A stretch of 64,000 nucleotides of DNA from Lama guanicoe (Eukaryota): the NCBI GenBank assembly GCA_013239625.1, contig MU053431.1:186001-250000 (forward strand). Direction: 5' to 3'. The position numbers were made by a program, and so were the translations under genes. This document shows, one piece after another, positions 50,398-62,516 of this stretch (its first letter is position 1; every line of letters begins with the position of its first letter). Under the pieces are notes generated by a model. It saw only the letters and a program-made list of their open reading frames with translations. It was not told where the DNA came from and ran no database searches.

Positions 50398-51274
50398 GTA
50401 AGAGGAGAAAACTGCTTTTTTTCTTTTTAAGTTACTGCTGTTTCTCCTGGGGAGGGGTTGGTCGTGTCTTAACTCTGCGCCCGTGCTCAGCTCTGGCTGT
50501 GGGAGCTGGCCCTGCAACACGTCTACGGCAGAACCTGATGTCCTCCCTAGTGCAGGGGGTGTGGCGGCTTCTGAGACGGTCCCTGAAGGTCCACCCTCCT
50601 GGTGTTCGCGCCGCATGTCACCACCAACCCCAGGCTGCGGAAAATTCTCCCTGACAAGGGGGTGGAAATCTGAGTTCCAATGTGGGGACGGACGTCATGT
50701 CACACCTTTTGTTCAAGCTGGTATGTGAGTCAAACACAGGCCGCCTCTCTAGTGTGGCCAGATGCTGTCACGGTGGCCAGTCTGCTGGTCACGGCCAACT
50801 TCTGATCATGGCACCCAGGGTTGGAGTGGATGGGCTGCTTTGGCCGAATGCTGTTCCTGCAGGCTTCATTTGGTAATTTAAAAAATATGCTTCTTTTCTA
50901 AATTGTGTGGAATGGATGAAGAAGTGGTATTCCGATTGAAACTGAATTTGGCTTAATTAAGATAAATTTCCATGCAGCTCCACAGCCCCTCCGGCAGTCA
51001 GAACTGTGTTCCCCTTTGACCTTTAGAGGCCTGGGCTCCATCAGGTGGGTGTGGAGGCCACGTTCGGAAGCCAAGTGGACCCTCCTGATGCTGCTTCCTC
51101 ACCCACGTGGTTGATGAAATTCCTGGCACGTCAGACAGTGGGTTTGGGAGAACATCTGTTATCAGTGTGTCCCTGAGATGTGATACTGTCTGGATTTTTC
51201 CTTCCAGACTGTTAATATTACATTGACCAAAATAGACCCCAAACCAGTGTGTGCGTGCGTGTATATGTGCACTA

Positions 51275-51433
51275 CTTATTGAAACATAGCAAATGTGGAG
51301 AAAAGCACATGGAGCTTAAGTGTATCAGTGGGTTTTCACAAACTGAACACACCCATGCAAACACCTCAGATCAGGGAAAAAAATTACTCCAGAATGAGTC
51401 CTGAGACCCAGTCTCTTGCTCACGGTAATCTTC
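51275..51433 (-). mobile_element. L1MC/MD 3' end fragment
   Basis: gaaaagcaca...cttaagtgtatcag...ttttcacaaactgaacacacccatgcaaacacctcagatcagg. Confidence 0.65.
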
Positions 51434-51740
51434 TGTATTAGTCAGCTCCTGCTGCTGTGACAGGATACCACAGACTGGGCGGCTGAAGCCACAGAGCTTT
51501 GTTTCTCCCAGTTCTGGAGGCTGGAAGTTGGAGATCAGGGGGCTGGTGTGGCCAGATCTGGTGGGGGCTCTTTTGCTGATTTGAATATGGCTGTGTCTTC
51601 ACGTGTTGCAGGGATGTGGTAGGGGTGGGGGGTGGGAAGACAGAGACAGAGAGAGACAGAGAGCTCTCTGGTGTGTCTTCCTCTGGGGGCACTGATCCCC
51701 CCACAGGCCCCACTGCGTCGAGACTGCAGCTAAGCCGCCG
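51434..51740 (-). mobile_element. MLT1A/A0-like LTR
   Basis: tgtattagtcagctcctgctgctgtgacaggataccacagactgggcggct...cagttctggaggctggaagttggagatcagg...gagctctctggtgtgtcttc. Confidence 0.88.
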
Positions 51741-52329
51741 TTCTGTGTGTCGTGTGAGGTAGGGGCGCAGGTAGTTTTTCCTCACAGGGATGGCCTGCTG
51801 AGCAAGGCTGTCCCACAACACTGTAGTGTGGCTCCTGCCGTAAACCAGGTTACTTCTTAGCGGGTCGTTTCTGGACGGGGACCATACTGCTAACCACTAC
51901 AGAACCTGCCTCTCCTGTGTCCAGTGTGTGCAGAGCGGGGCGGGCTCTCGCTCAGCACCACGGAGAGCGGCCGCTGGCCTGCCTTCCTGCTGCCCGCTCT
52001 CCAGGGCTCAGCTCAAGGTGCCCTCCTCCAGGGAGCCCGACTTGTGGGACAGCCTGTGCAGTGGTGGTCCTGCCTCAGAGCAGCTTGTTGCAGAGTCCTG
52101 TGTGGCCTGACCAGACTTAAGCTGCCCCCAGGGCACTTACTCAAGCACTCATTGGCTACGTTTCTCTCCTATACCTACCAGTTTGAAAACCAGTGTTTGG
52201 ATGGTTTACTCCAGATAATGACTCTGGAGGCCACATAGAAAAATGTAAAGTTCATGAAGTAATTTTGACATTCCTACCTGACAACATTCTTCCCCAAACA
52301 TATTTGCCATTTTTAGTCAATGGCATTGG

Positions 52330-52560
52330 GTCTGCATTTCCCTAAAGGTATTCTGGGGGACTCTCATGACTTAAGGTAGTACAGGGTTTTATGTAAAGGA
52401 AAGTGGGGACATCACAGTCCAATAAATTTGGGAAACATTGTTTAAAACAAAGTTAAACAGCGTTTCATCTTTTTCTTGAAGGATTTCTCAGAGCCGTGTG
52501 TGTATTACCCATGTCCTGTGAATCCCCAAAAGGTCGTGTGGTGTGAAGTGTTCCTGCGGC
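52330..52560. mobile_element. MER112-like hAT-Charlie MITE
   Basis: aataaatttgggaaacattgtttaaaacaaagttaaacag...aggatttctcagagcc...tgtgaatccccaaaagg. Confidence 0.7.
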
Positions 52561-52952
52561 ACCAGGACTGCTCCCTGTGGTCCCTGACCGCCCGGGGCAC
52601 CTGTGGCTTGCCAAGATTTCCTTCCTTACGGGGGCTTCTCAGGGTGCCCCTTGACCGATGGTCGCCCAGGCAGTGGTCTCGTGCTCTCATGACAGAGGAG
52701 CCACTCATGACTCTACTTCCTTCACACATGGAGTCTCTTTGTAACTTTAATCCCTAGTTTTGGAGTCTTTCTTAAAAATCTGGAGGGAACAAACTAAATC
52801 CATCTTCTCTATGATACCTAAAAATAATCACTGGACTCCCTGGCTTTTCCTTAGCTATCCTGATGATTTTTGGAAATTCCTAAACCAGCATCAACCTAAT
52901 CGTGTCTTCTGATTTTTCCCTGCAAGAAGTTAAGGATCTCCTTTTTGCAAAG

Positions 52953-52993
52953 ATATACACACACACATATATGTGTGCGCACACACACACACA
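52953..52993. repeat. 41-bp uninterrupted alternating purine-pyrimidine tract
   Basis: atatacacacacacatatatgtgtgcgcacacacacacaca. Confidence 0.92.
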
Positions 52994-53950
52994 ATCTCTT
53001 CTAATATTTCTACTGTTGCATCTTTAGCAGTGTAATCCCTTCTTAGAATATTTGACAAGTTATTCACACTAAAAATCCTGAAGCTTTGTAAAAGATGTAT
53101 TTTTTTTCCTGTGTGTCAGGCAGAATTAATCAAGGTTCTAATGATTGTTCTGCAGGTGTTATTTCAAAAACAACCAGTGCCTCAGATCATTAAATTTACA
53201 GGGAAACTTTTGATTACAGGATCTGATGACTATTATTTCTAAAATAGAAGGGATGAAGAGTGACAAAAATCAATGACATGGCCGTTAGGTTAGAGCTAAA
53301 TTTACCCCGGTTTTAAATTTGTGAGGTTTTCACCTCATCTTCTCTGCAGATATTCCCTGTATAGTGACTTGTGAGTGTATGTGCTTAAGTATTTATAACT
53401 GTTACCCTCATGATTTGGGGAAGAATTTGAAAGGATTAAGACACAAAGACTTAATTCAGCAGCATTACTGAGGAGCCAACAAGTGCTCCACCCGACCCTA
53501 CAGAGACAGATTGGACACAGGACTCTTCCCACTGGATTTTCCATTTTACCCAAGACAAGGACGTTAAACCCACAAGCACCCGCACGCACGCGTAGTCATA
53601 GGACTGACACGAAATGTGCGTGAGCAGGTAACTATGGGGATCCTAAGACGGGGCAGGGCCCCAGGGAACAGGCGAGGGGCCACCGTGCTTTGTTTCTTGG
53701 ATTCTTTAAAACATAGAGGGTCCCTAGGAATTTGGCTCCAGATAGAGTAAGATAATCTTCCTCTTTTAAAAAAATCTCTCTCTTTGCTGATGTTAACCTC
53801 CTCTCAGTTTCCAGCAAGTCCTAGAGAGCTCAAATTTTGGGGTTGTTAAAACTTGCATTTCACAAGTGGTAGTGAGAAGAGTAAGAACCTGCCTTCGTAG
53901 AACACCCTAGACGGCTGGCTCTGCTTCATGGAACTCAGTGTGCTCTGCCT

Positions 53951-54150
53951 CAGGGCCCTCAGCTGGGTGGGGTTCTGCCCCCGGGGGTGTTTGACGATGT
54001 CTGGGGACATTTTTTGTTGTCATAACTGGAGGCGAGCTGTTCCTGGCATCCAGCGGGTACAGACCAGGGAGGCTGCTAGACACCCTACAATGCACAGGAC
54101 TGCAGCGGTCCCCTCAGGACAGAACTACCTGGGGTGAAATGTCAGTAACC
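53951..54150 (+). mobile_element. MER20 hAT MITE
   Basis: tttgacgatgtctggggacattttttgttgtcataactgg...ctggcatccagcgggtacagaccagggaggctgctagacaccctacaatgcacaggac. Confidence 0.92.
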
Positions 54151-54989
54151 CCGCCTTCTCTTTGCCATTTCATGGATTGCGAAGTGCTTATGGGTGACAC
54201 CCCGGGAGACGCAGGGCGGCAGAAGGTTGTGCCGGTGGACGAGCTCTGTCCCGGAGCTGCTGGGCGGGGGGGGGGTGTTTCCTGCCCTGCCACTTCCCTG
54301 CTGTGCTCCTGTGAATCTTAAATCCGCGAAGCCGCAGTTTCCTCCTGTCCCACTGCACTGATCTGCAGGTAACTCCTGGCATGAACAAGCTCTCAGTAAA
54401 CGTGGCCATTATTAACCTACCGCTTCCAAAGTTACCTTTAAGTTTGGGTTACTTTTCCTTTTCAAAGTCAGTCAAAAGGAACACACCCCCTGAAATTAGA
54501 GTTTAAGTGAGAATGTAAAAGGTTTGTTGGCTTTTGCAAGGTCCTAGGCTGAACAGAGGCACCGGCTCCATGATGCAGATTACCACTGTCTCCTGCCCGA
54601 GACTGGTGACACCCCACACCAGGCATCGGTGGCTGTCACTCCTACAGCCTGTGTCCTGCCTTTCTAATGTGGGACAGATAGGCCCGCCATTCAGATGGCA
54701 TTGAGTAATGACGTGACAGTGTGCTGTCACACCTGTCCTCAGAGCCCAGGGAGCCGCACTCAGCCCTCTCAGAGGCACAGACCAACCTCGCCTCCAGTCT
54801 GAGCTGGCAGTCCTGGCGGAGAGAGAAAAAGAAGGGACCTTAACACCCATCCTCCCCTGAGCCATGACTCCAGTGTCAGTAGGACCAAAGTCTTCTCAGG
54901 TGTGGGTGCTTCAGGGCCCTGATGCCCGACCCTGAACCTCCTCCACGTTCCAGAACTTCCCCCTGTGCATCTGCCCTGTCTTCAGCCCA

Positions 54990-55270
54990 TTCTGGACCCT
55001 GCGCTCCAGTAGTGAATGAGACAGACCCAGTTTGTACCCTTGTGTGTTTACAGTCCAGTGGGGGAGGAAGGTATTGCTTTTTAAAACATCACACAAATAA
55101 ATGTAAAAATGACAGCTGGGCAAAGTGCTATGGGGAAGAGGGCAGGTGCTCCAACTGCAAATAACTAGGGGTCTGATGCCGCCCTGGGAAGGCAGGCTGG
55201 CCTGGGGGTGTGAGGATGGAGGGGGTTCACCAGGAGACACGCAGGGTGGAGAAGACATGAAGGAGAGGGT
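54990..55270 (-). mobile_element. L2 fragment
   Basis: agtagtgaatgagacagacccagt...ttacagtccagtggggg...cacacaaataaatgtaaa...aagtgctatggggaag. Confidence 0.78.
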
Positions 55271-58200
55271 CTCAGGAAGGGGAGGGGAGGGGGGGGCTGG
55301 GGAGAGTGGATTCCTGAAGCCGGATGCCTCACCTTAGACACCTAAGTGGGGCAGAACCAAAAAGGCTGAGAGGTGCAGCCATATCTCTCCTTCCTGCCCA
55401 CTCACCCCCTAAGTGTTCATGGCCAGCATCCCGCACCCCTGGTGGGATGGATTGGGGTTTTCTCCGTTGGAGCAGAGCCCAATGTGGAACTTGCAGTCCC
55501 CCTTCCCTACTAGGTGGCCATTGCTAAGCCCTTCTGTCTGGGACATCCTGGCCCACGCTCAGACCCCACAAGTAAGGGACACAGTCAGGTTTCTGCAGCA
55601 GAGGGACACGGTCAGATCTGTACAGTGAAAACTTTCTGGCTGTTCCTCGGGGTCTGGATTGAAGCTGGGGACCAGCTCGGTGCTGCGGGGGAGGAAAGGA
55701 TGCTGTTCCGGACTGGGGAGGTGGTGACTGGAGGGAGAGAAGTCTGGAAGCTGGAGTCCACAGGACTTGGCATCTGACAGGGTCTGCAAGCTGTGCTGGC
55801 AAGTGCGCCCCCAGGATTCTGGCTTTAGCCCTTGGAGAACAGTGGCTACACTTACTAACGCCTCGGAGAGTCCGCCAAGATGACCCCCGACGATGGTGGG
55901 GAGGTGAGGGAGGTGGGGCGCTGTGGCGGCGCCTGGTGGGAACATGATTTATCTCACCCCTGTCCACTTTTCCCTAGGGATACCCCTGTTTCCCCCAGAC
56001 AGACTCCCCTCTCCATGCCTGCACCGCTAGCAGTCTCTCCCTCTCTCCTTGCCATCCCCACACACCCACCCTGGATCCTTCAGTGTTGGGCTCAGCTGAT
56101 ATGTCCTTCAAGAAGTCACCTTCAACACCTTTAGCTGGGTGTAGAGTCAGAATCCCAGATTATTTTAATCGATGAGGGCTTGCAGATGTCTTAAAGGGAA
56201 CAAAGGACCGAAGCATGGAGAGACTTCCTTGCAGAGGTTTGTCTCTGGACTCTGAGCTCTCGTGTGAATCAAAAATAAACCTCTCCTCTTACCAGGTGTG
56301 CATTATGCAAAGCAAGCATCCCGGATTTAAGGTCAGCCCCAGCGGACCTGCGCTCTGTGCGTTCCCTTCACTGACCATGGACAGGGCGGGGCCGTGCAGC
56401 CTGCCCGCCGCCGTGTGCACACAGCACTCCCCTGCCCGGAGCTCGGCTGCTGAAATTTAGACAGCCGTGCCCAGGGCCTCCAGCTGATGGTGAGCTGTGC
56501 GCCTTGCCCTCCAAAGGGGAACAGGAGGATTTCTCCACTCAGCGAGGTCAGCCCTCCGAAGCAACCACAAAGGCCAAGTCAAGCTTGAGATTTTGCCGGC
56601 CTGTGTAGCAAAGGCGTGAGTCCTCCCCCAGCCCCCAGCAGAAGGGACGCCTTCCCGTAGCCCGCGCTGGGGTTCGCCAGGTGCCGTGGGCTTTCTGCTC
56701 GACTGTGCTGTCTGAGGGCACAAGCTCGTCTGTCTGCAGAAATCCAGGAAAGGGATTAAGGAACTTTCTGAAATGTTCACAAACTGTATCTGTATATGTA
56801 TTTTTTTGATAGAGGATTCAAAAAAGTTTTTTTTCAGATTCTCTGAGACCCTGACGAATCCCCACTGCCAGTCCATCTGCCTCCCACTCAGATACTCACG
56901 TGTCGAAAAATATGACAACCCACAACCTCACCCTCCAAGGCAGAGAGCCTGGCTGTCTCTCCTGATATTCTGTAACTTTGTGTGTCTGGCAAGTGGAAAG
57001 GACTGATGCTGTGACAGTGTCGTGCTGGCGGCAGCCACCTCCACCCCTGCCATTAAACAAAGCTTCAGGACAGAAGAGGCCCCGCCTCCTTCTCCTGTTA
57101 ACCTGCCTTCTTAACAAATGACTGGAAACGGGATTTCTGTGTGCTTCCCAGAGCTTGGTTTTATGGAGCTAGTTCTGGGCAGTAATTCCTGCTGCCATAT
57201 GCTGGTCTCCCCTCCAAAACGGAACTGAACATCACCTAAATGGCTGTTGGTTTGTCATGTGCAAAATAAGCAAGATCAACAACCATCAGGCAGGTCAAAG
57301 TAGAACCTAGAAAACAAACCCACGCTCCTGCCCGGCCACACCCTCCTCTGGCCCCAGGTGCCTTCGCGGGGCACTCAGGCACTCAGGGTTACTGATGCAC
57401 AGGTCCGCTTCTGGCCTCAGGGCGTTTGCACTTACCGCTCTCTGACTGCAGTGGTCCCAGGGTGGCTCTCTAGGTATCTGAGTCTCACCTCCAAAGTCAG
57501 CCCTTGGGAAAGGGTTCCTGTTTGCTCTTTTCAGAGGGAGCCTCCTCACCCCGTCACTCTCTGTGCCTCTAACCTGTCGCTGTATTTGTCCTTGTGTCCC
57601 TGCAGGTGTCCAACCATTGCCGTTCCCTCAGAACCACTAGAACGCCTGCAGGGTGGGGCCCAGCTGCCGTGCTCGCTGCGGGTCCTCCGAGCCCAGGGGT
57701 GCGTGGCAGTGAGCTGGTGTGGCTCAGCATCTGAGGGATGAGCGAGGGAACCCCATCCTTCTGATTCCAAGTCCCCACACAGGCCCTGCTGGGATCTTAC
57801 ATCTCTGCTGTTCATTCCCCTCTAAGAGGCGTAGCCAGAGTAGGACTCCTCACGTTACACAGTTCTTGTTTCAATGTGTAAAGGCCACTGCAGCAGATAA
57901 TCTCAGCACCCAGGATCATGGTAGGTGCTGGGTGGACAGCTGTGGAATGATTGAATGAACGAATGAATGATCTCTAACCAGCCCTGCTAACTCCAGAGAG
58001 GGAGTCGGGGACCTTCCCAGAAGAGCGGATGTGAGCTTTTTCCCGAGGAAGATCTGAAATCGTCCCAGAGCCAGGACGGTGCAAAAACTGGAGGGAAGGC
58101 GTATCTCCTCCTCCACGCCGCCTGCTGCCTCCTTCGTGTCCACTTTTCGCTGAAACCCCAGCTCCCCTGCCCTGGCTGTACCTTCCAGCGGCCTCTGTCC

Positions 58201-58529
58201 CTCTCCTTTTGTGCTGGCTCTCTTCTCCGCCTGCTCCCTCCTGAAACTTCTGTAGCATTTCTCATGGGGAGATACTGTTCTCCTTTGGAAATGAACTCTG
58301 TTGAGTAAAGGTGGGCAAGAAAGCTTAAGATCAAGGAGCCCTGTGAAGAATGAGAGTGATTTTTGAAGACAGGAAGGCAGTGGTGGAGGCAGAGGTGGCG
58401 GAAGGTGGAAATGGGTCCCGTGAGCCCCAGGGAAGAAGCCACCGTCTCCATTCCTGCAAGATGGTCACTGTGTGTGCGCGCTGTAGTTGGGGGCCTGTGT
58501 TGGGACCTATGAGGTTGGAAACGAAGGAA

Positions 58530-58788
58530 ACTGTGTGTCCAGGGAAGATGACCACGCAGCAACAGAGGCAGAGACTGGAATGACGCAGCTACGAGTCAAG
58601 GATTGCCAACAATCACCAGAAGCTGGAAGAGGCAAGAAGAGAGTCTCTCTTAGAGCCTTCAGAGGGACCACGTCCCTGCCAACACATCTGTTTCTGACTC
58701 TGCCTTGCAGAACTGTGAGAGAATCAAGTTCTATTGTTTTAAGCCGCCCAGTTCATGGCAATTATAGTACCCGCAGGACAATAATACA
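58530..58788 (+). mobile_element. MLT1C-like LTR 3' part
   Basis: agaggcagagactggaatgacgcagctacgagtcaagga...ccagaagctggaagaggcaag...gaactgtgagagaat...ttttaagccgcccagt...taataca. Confidence 0.88.
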
Positions 58789-58806
58789 GCATTAACATTT
58801 TTTTTG

Positions 58807-59266
58807 AATAAACAAATGGGACTGAGTATACCTTAAAAGCTTTTGCACAGCAAAGGAAACCATAAGCAAGATTAAAAGACAACCTACAGACTGGGAGAAA
58901 TATTTGCAAATGATGCGACCGACTACGGATTAATTTCTAAAATATACAGGCAGCTCATAGAACTCAATACCAAAAAAGCCAGCAACCCAATCAAAACATG
59001 AGCAGAAGACCTAAACAGAACTCAAGAGAGAGCTGGGAGTTCGAGATGTACAAATACTAACTGCTATATATAAAATAGGTAAAAAATAAAAAAAAATAAA
59101 AAAGTTTCTTCTGTATAGCACAGGGAAATATATTCAGTATCTCATAGTAACCTATAGTGAAAAAAATGAAAACAAATACATGTATGTATATGCATGACTG
59201 AAACATGCTGTACTCCAGAAATGGACACATGGTAACTGACTATACTTCAATAAATTAAAAAAAAAA
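58807..59266 (+). mobile_element. Camelid-type L1 3' fragment: ORF2 remnant joined to the 3' UTR by an internal deletion
   Basis: decayed KSFCTAKETI..KRQPTDWEKIFAND..NPIK..AEDLNR codons, then an abrupt switch near 59020 to 3' UTR ctgtatagcacagggaaatatattc...aactgactatacttcaataaa and poly-A. Confidence 0.9.
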
Positions 59267-60783
59267 CTTTGATTACCTCCCGTGACTAACCCAGTATAAT
59301 ATGGTCCTTTTCAAGTGGATTCTTGACTGTGTCAACCTGTTTCTGCAGCCTGGAGCTGTCCCTGTGGCAGCAGATCCCAGGACGGCTGACAGGGGCGGCT
59401 GGCTGTCCTGACAGCCCTCTCTGGGTGGACAGCCAGCCAGAGACGTCCCTGGGGGGGACTCGTGAGAAGGACGCGCCATGGTTGCCTTGATCGCCGGAGT
59501 GGAGAGGAGTTAGGCTCTTTCTTTTAATGCCCAAGGCGCTCGTTTTCAGAAAGATGAAGTCAGTTTCATAAACCCACATAGTCAGAACCAACGTTAGTTC
59601 TTGCTGGGCTCAGTGATAAAGGGGCACGATCGCCAAACCATTTTTCTTCCTTGTGTTGATCCACTCCAGGCTGGGAGAGTCCACTCAGCCCTTAGGCTGG
59701 GGTACCTGGGCACCCTGACTGACAGTCCTCCAAAGTGTCCACATCACCGATGGGTGGTTCCCCAGTGAGAGACGAAGGTGCTCTTCCACGAAGGGGAAGG
59801 TGTGGATGCTCAGCAGGTGGACGTGCAGAACCCACTCCACTCACCGCTGTCCTGACCAGAGGATTTGAAGGCTCCCCTCCCAGGTCTGTCTGAGGCACTG
59901 AACAGAGTATGGATAAGATCCCACTTTAAACACAGCCACATTGTTAATACCACATCTTCTCGTCACTAAGTGTGTTTGCAAAGAGATGTTTAGAAATGAA
60001 AAGAATGCTATTATTCATAACATTTCTATTTTTTCTGGCTCTACCTGGTTAATTTCTCCATATAAATAGGAGGAACCTTGAAGCCTTGATTAAAAATATG
60101 TGCGGTGCCAGGTCACAGTATCACCTATGCTTAGCAAAGATAGATTTGAATATCAAAAGCATGTGGAGTGCAGTGCCACTGTGCGCTGTGAAGTGTATGC
60201 TAATGTGTTTACTGTTAAATATTGCACCGCTCGGCCGTGAGGTGCCCTAGACCTTTACCGTGTGAATGTTTGGCGTGGTATATAATTTGAACCATAATAG
60301 GACAATTATTTTTACGGAATTTGCAAATATTTTTGCTTACAATCCTCTTTGTGACATTCTAACATCAGTACATGTGAAGGTCACTAAAGCAATTTTCCTA
60401 AAAAAAGTGTTTTAATATTAATAAAGATCCCCAAGTAGTATACAGTAAACCATGTTAGCCTCCAGGCTCTTAGAATGGCATTTGGCCTTGGTTTTATTTA
60501 GCTTTAGATTTCAGTTACTCTGACATCACTGAACATCAGCCGTAAGTAATGGTGAAACCCTGCCACGGAAACCCCGCGTGGAGAGCCTGAGGCGTTCGAG
60601 CCAGGGCCCCGCCCACGGTCTCCTGCATCCACTCCGGTCCTCCCTCCCTCCCCAGGCCACAGGAGGACGAGAAAATGGGTCCAACTTTCTATTGTTTACT
60701 TTTTACCATAAAGCTAGAGAACATGTATAGTATTTTTTTCTTTGCCAAATACACTCCTTTGAATAAAGCACGTTTTTCTACAA

Positions 60784-60885
60784 TTTAAGCTCTTGAGGGC
60801 AGGAACCTCTTTCTCATCACTGCTCTACTCCCATACCCAAAACAATATCTGACACATAGTAGGTGTTCACTGAAATGCTGAAAAC
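60784..60885 (+). mobile_element. L2 3' end
   Basis: taagctcttgagggcaggaacc...tctgacacatagtaggtgttca. Confidence 0.85.
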
Positions 60886-61134
60886 GCATGCTTGTGGCAA
60901 CCAATGCACCACGTCTCTCCCCAAAGCAATTTCCTTAAAATCCTAGAGTGGGGCGGCTGCTTGGGGGCCTCATTTTGTTGATAAGGAAACAATGGGCAGC
61001 TGCAGGAGAACTCGGCTTGGTTTATGAGGTCTGCGCAACACGTCGTGTTGATGATGGGATGAGTTTCTGTCTAGTTTTGGTAATTACATTTGTGAGACCA
61101 GCATCATCTTGCTACCGAAGTCAGACAAGGGCAC

Positions 61135-61570
61135 TGTGAGAGGAGGAGGCCAGTGTCCCTGCTCAAAACAGAGGCAGAACTCCCATCTTGTGAACAGAAT
61201 GCAGCCAGAGTGACTTTTGAGGCTTGGTTAGAAAGTTGAATAGAGCTTTCCTGGCTCTCTCTAAAGGCTACTCACTCTGGGACCAAGCTGCTGTCACACA
61301 AGCTGCACTGTGCGGAGCCCAAGGACAGAGGTTCCAGCAAAGAGCCTTTGTCAAAGTTCCAGTTGAGGACAAGCACCCATCCTGATGGGTAAGTGAGGAA
61401 GCTTCACTCCATCCCCAGCTACTCTGTGACTATAGCCCCCTGAAAAGGCCCAAGTGAGACCTGCCCAGCTGGTTCCAACCAACCTCCAGAGCTGTGAGGA
61501 TTGTAATAGGAGCAAACGGTGTCACTTCGCAGCACAAGTTAGGGCTGGTTTATCGTGCAGATGACCCACA
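61135..61570 (+). mobile_element. MLT1 (F/G/H-type) LTR
   Basis: acagaatgcagccagagtgacttttgaggcttggttagaaag...ccaagtgagacctgcccagctg...cagagctgtgag. Confidence 0.7.
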
Positions 61571-61599
61571 GCTGTGTGCAGGTGTGGGGCCGGGACCCA

Positions 61600-61822
61600 G
61601 GGCACCAGGACCAGGTGTGGGGGACACGAGGATTTCAGGGGCTCTGCGGGACTCAGAGCATGGGCTCCTCTGCTCCCTGTGGCAGTACATTCTGTTGTTC
61701 CAAGAGAAACTGGAAATCCAGATTTCCATGTAGAATCTCCTTGTTTGGCAAACACTGAGACGGGCCAGACAGAACTCCGGGACGCCGGATTCAGTCCCTG
61801 GCCTGTCTGCACACAACTCCCG
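61600..61822 (+). mobile_element. MER102/Charlie8-like fragment
   Basis: tccaagagaaactggaaatccagatttccatgtagaatctcc...aaacactgagacgggccagacag. Confidence 0.65.
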
Positions 61823-62516
61823 GGAGAAGGATTAACCGGGCTGATAGTCCATTACTACAGGGCCTACACAGCGGAGGATGTGCTGTCTTGCCAGAAACTA
61901 CTTTTTCCTTGGCACCTGCTGCTTCTCTTTCGATCTGGTGACTTCAGAAAAGACAATGTCCAAACCACAGCCGGAGGCGAGGCCCTGGAATGGAGCCAGG
62001 CCGACCTGCCCGGCAGCCCAATGGGAGGGAGTGTGCCTTGTCTTCAGGAATTACTTCCTGCTGACTGGGAAGCCCGCACACAGGCCATAACTGCTGACTG
62101 CTGGCCACGCCAGGGGGCTTTCAGGGGCTGGCCCTCAAAACACCTCAAAGGCGGTGCTTATTTATTCATTCTATTTAATACAGTTCAGTAACCTTTAGAA
62201 ATATTTTGAAACCTGGAGTACGCACTCCTGGGCTGTGGTGGCGTCCAGACCAGTTCGTCAGGCCGGGTTCAGGGCAGTAGTCATGTCTCTGGGAATGAAG
62301 AGCTTTTAATCTCCATTCAGTTTTTCAGCGAGGTGTCTGAAAATTAAGCACTTTGGTAAAGGGATTTTCCTGAGGGAGCATTGTTGATTCAGGCTGTGAA
62401 GCCTGGGGAATCACGTTTCTGAAAGAGCCTCAGTGTCGGGAACAGGGTTCCTGAACCCCTGACCGAGATGCCTGGCGTCCCCTCATCCTGACTGAGCTTC
62501 ACACAGGCCCCTCCCT

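Larger units (their letters stand above)
59006..62516 (+). repeat. Tandem segmental duplication, unit 1 (3511 bp)
   Basis: 59006-60495 aligns to 62517-64000 at offset 3511, then 3505 after a 6-bp indel; 10 substitutions seen by eye; the unit end is inferred from where copy 2 starts. Confidence 0.92.

Noticed and set aside
61574..62191. 205-aa ORF inside the duplicated unit
   Set aside because: Overlaps a MER102-like fossil, has a non-ATG start and no recognisable homology.
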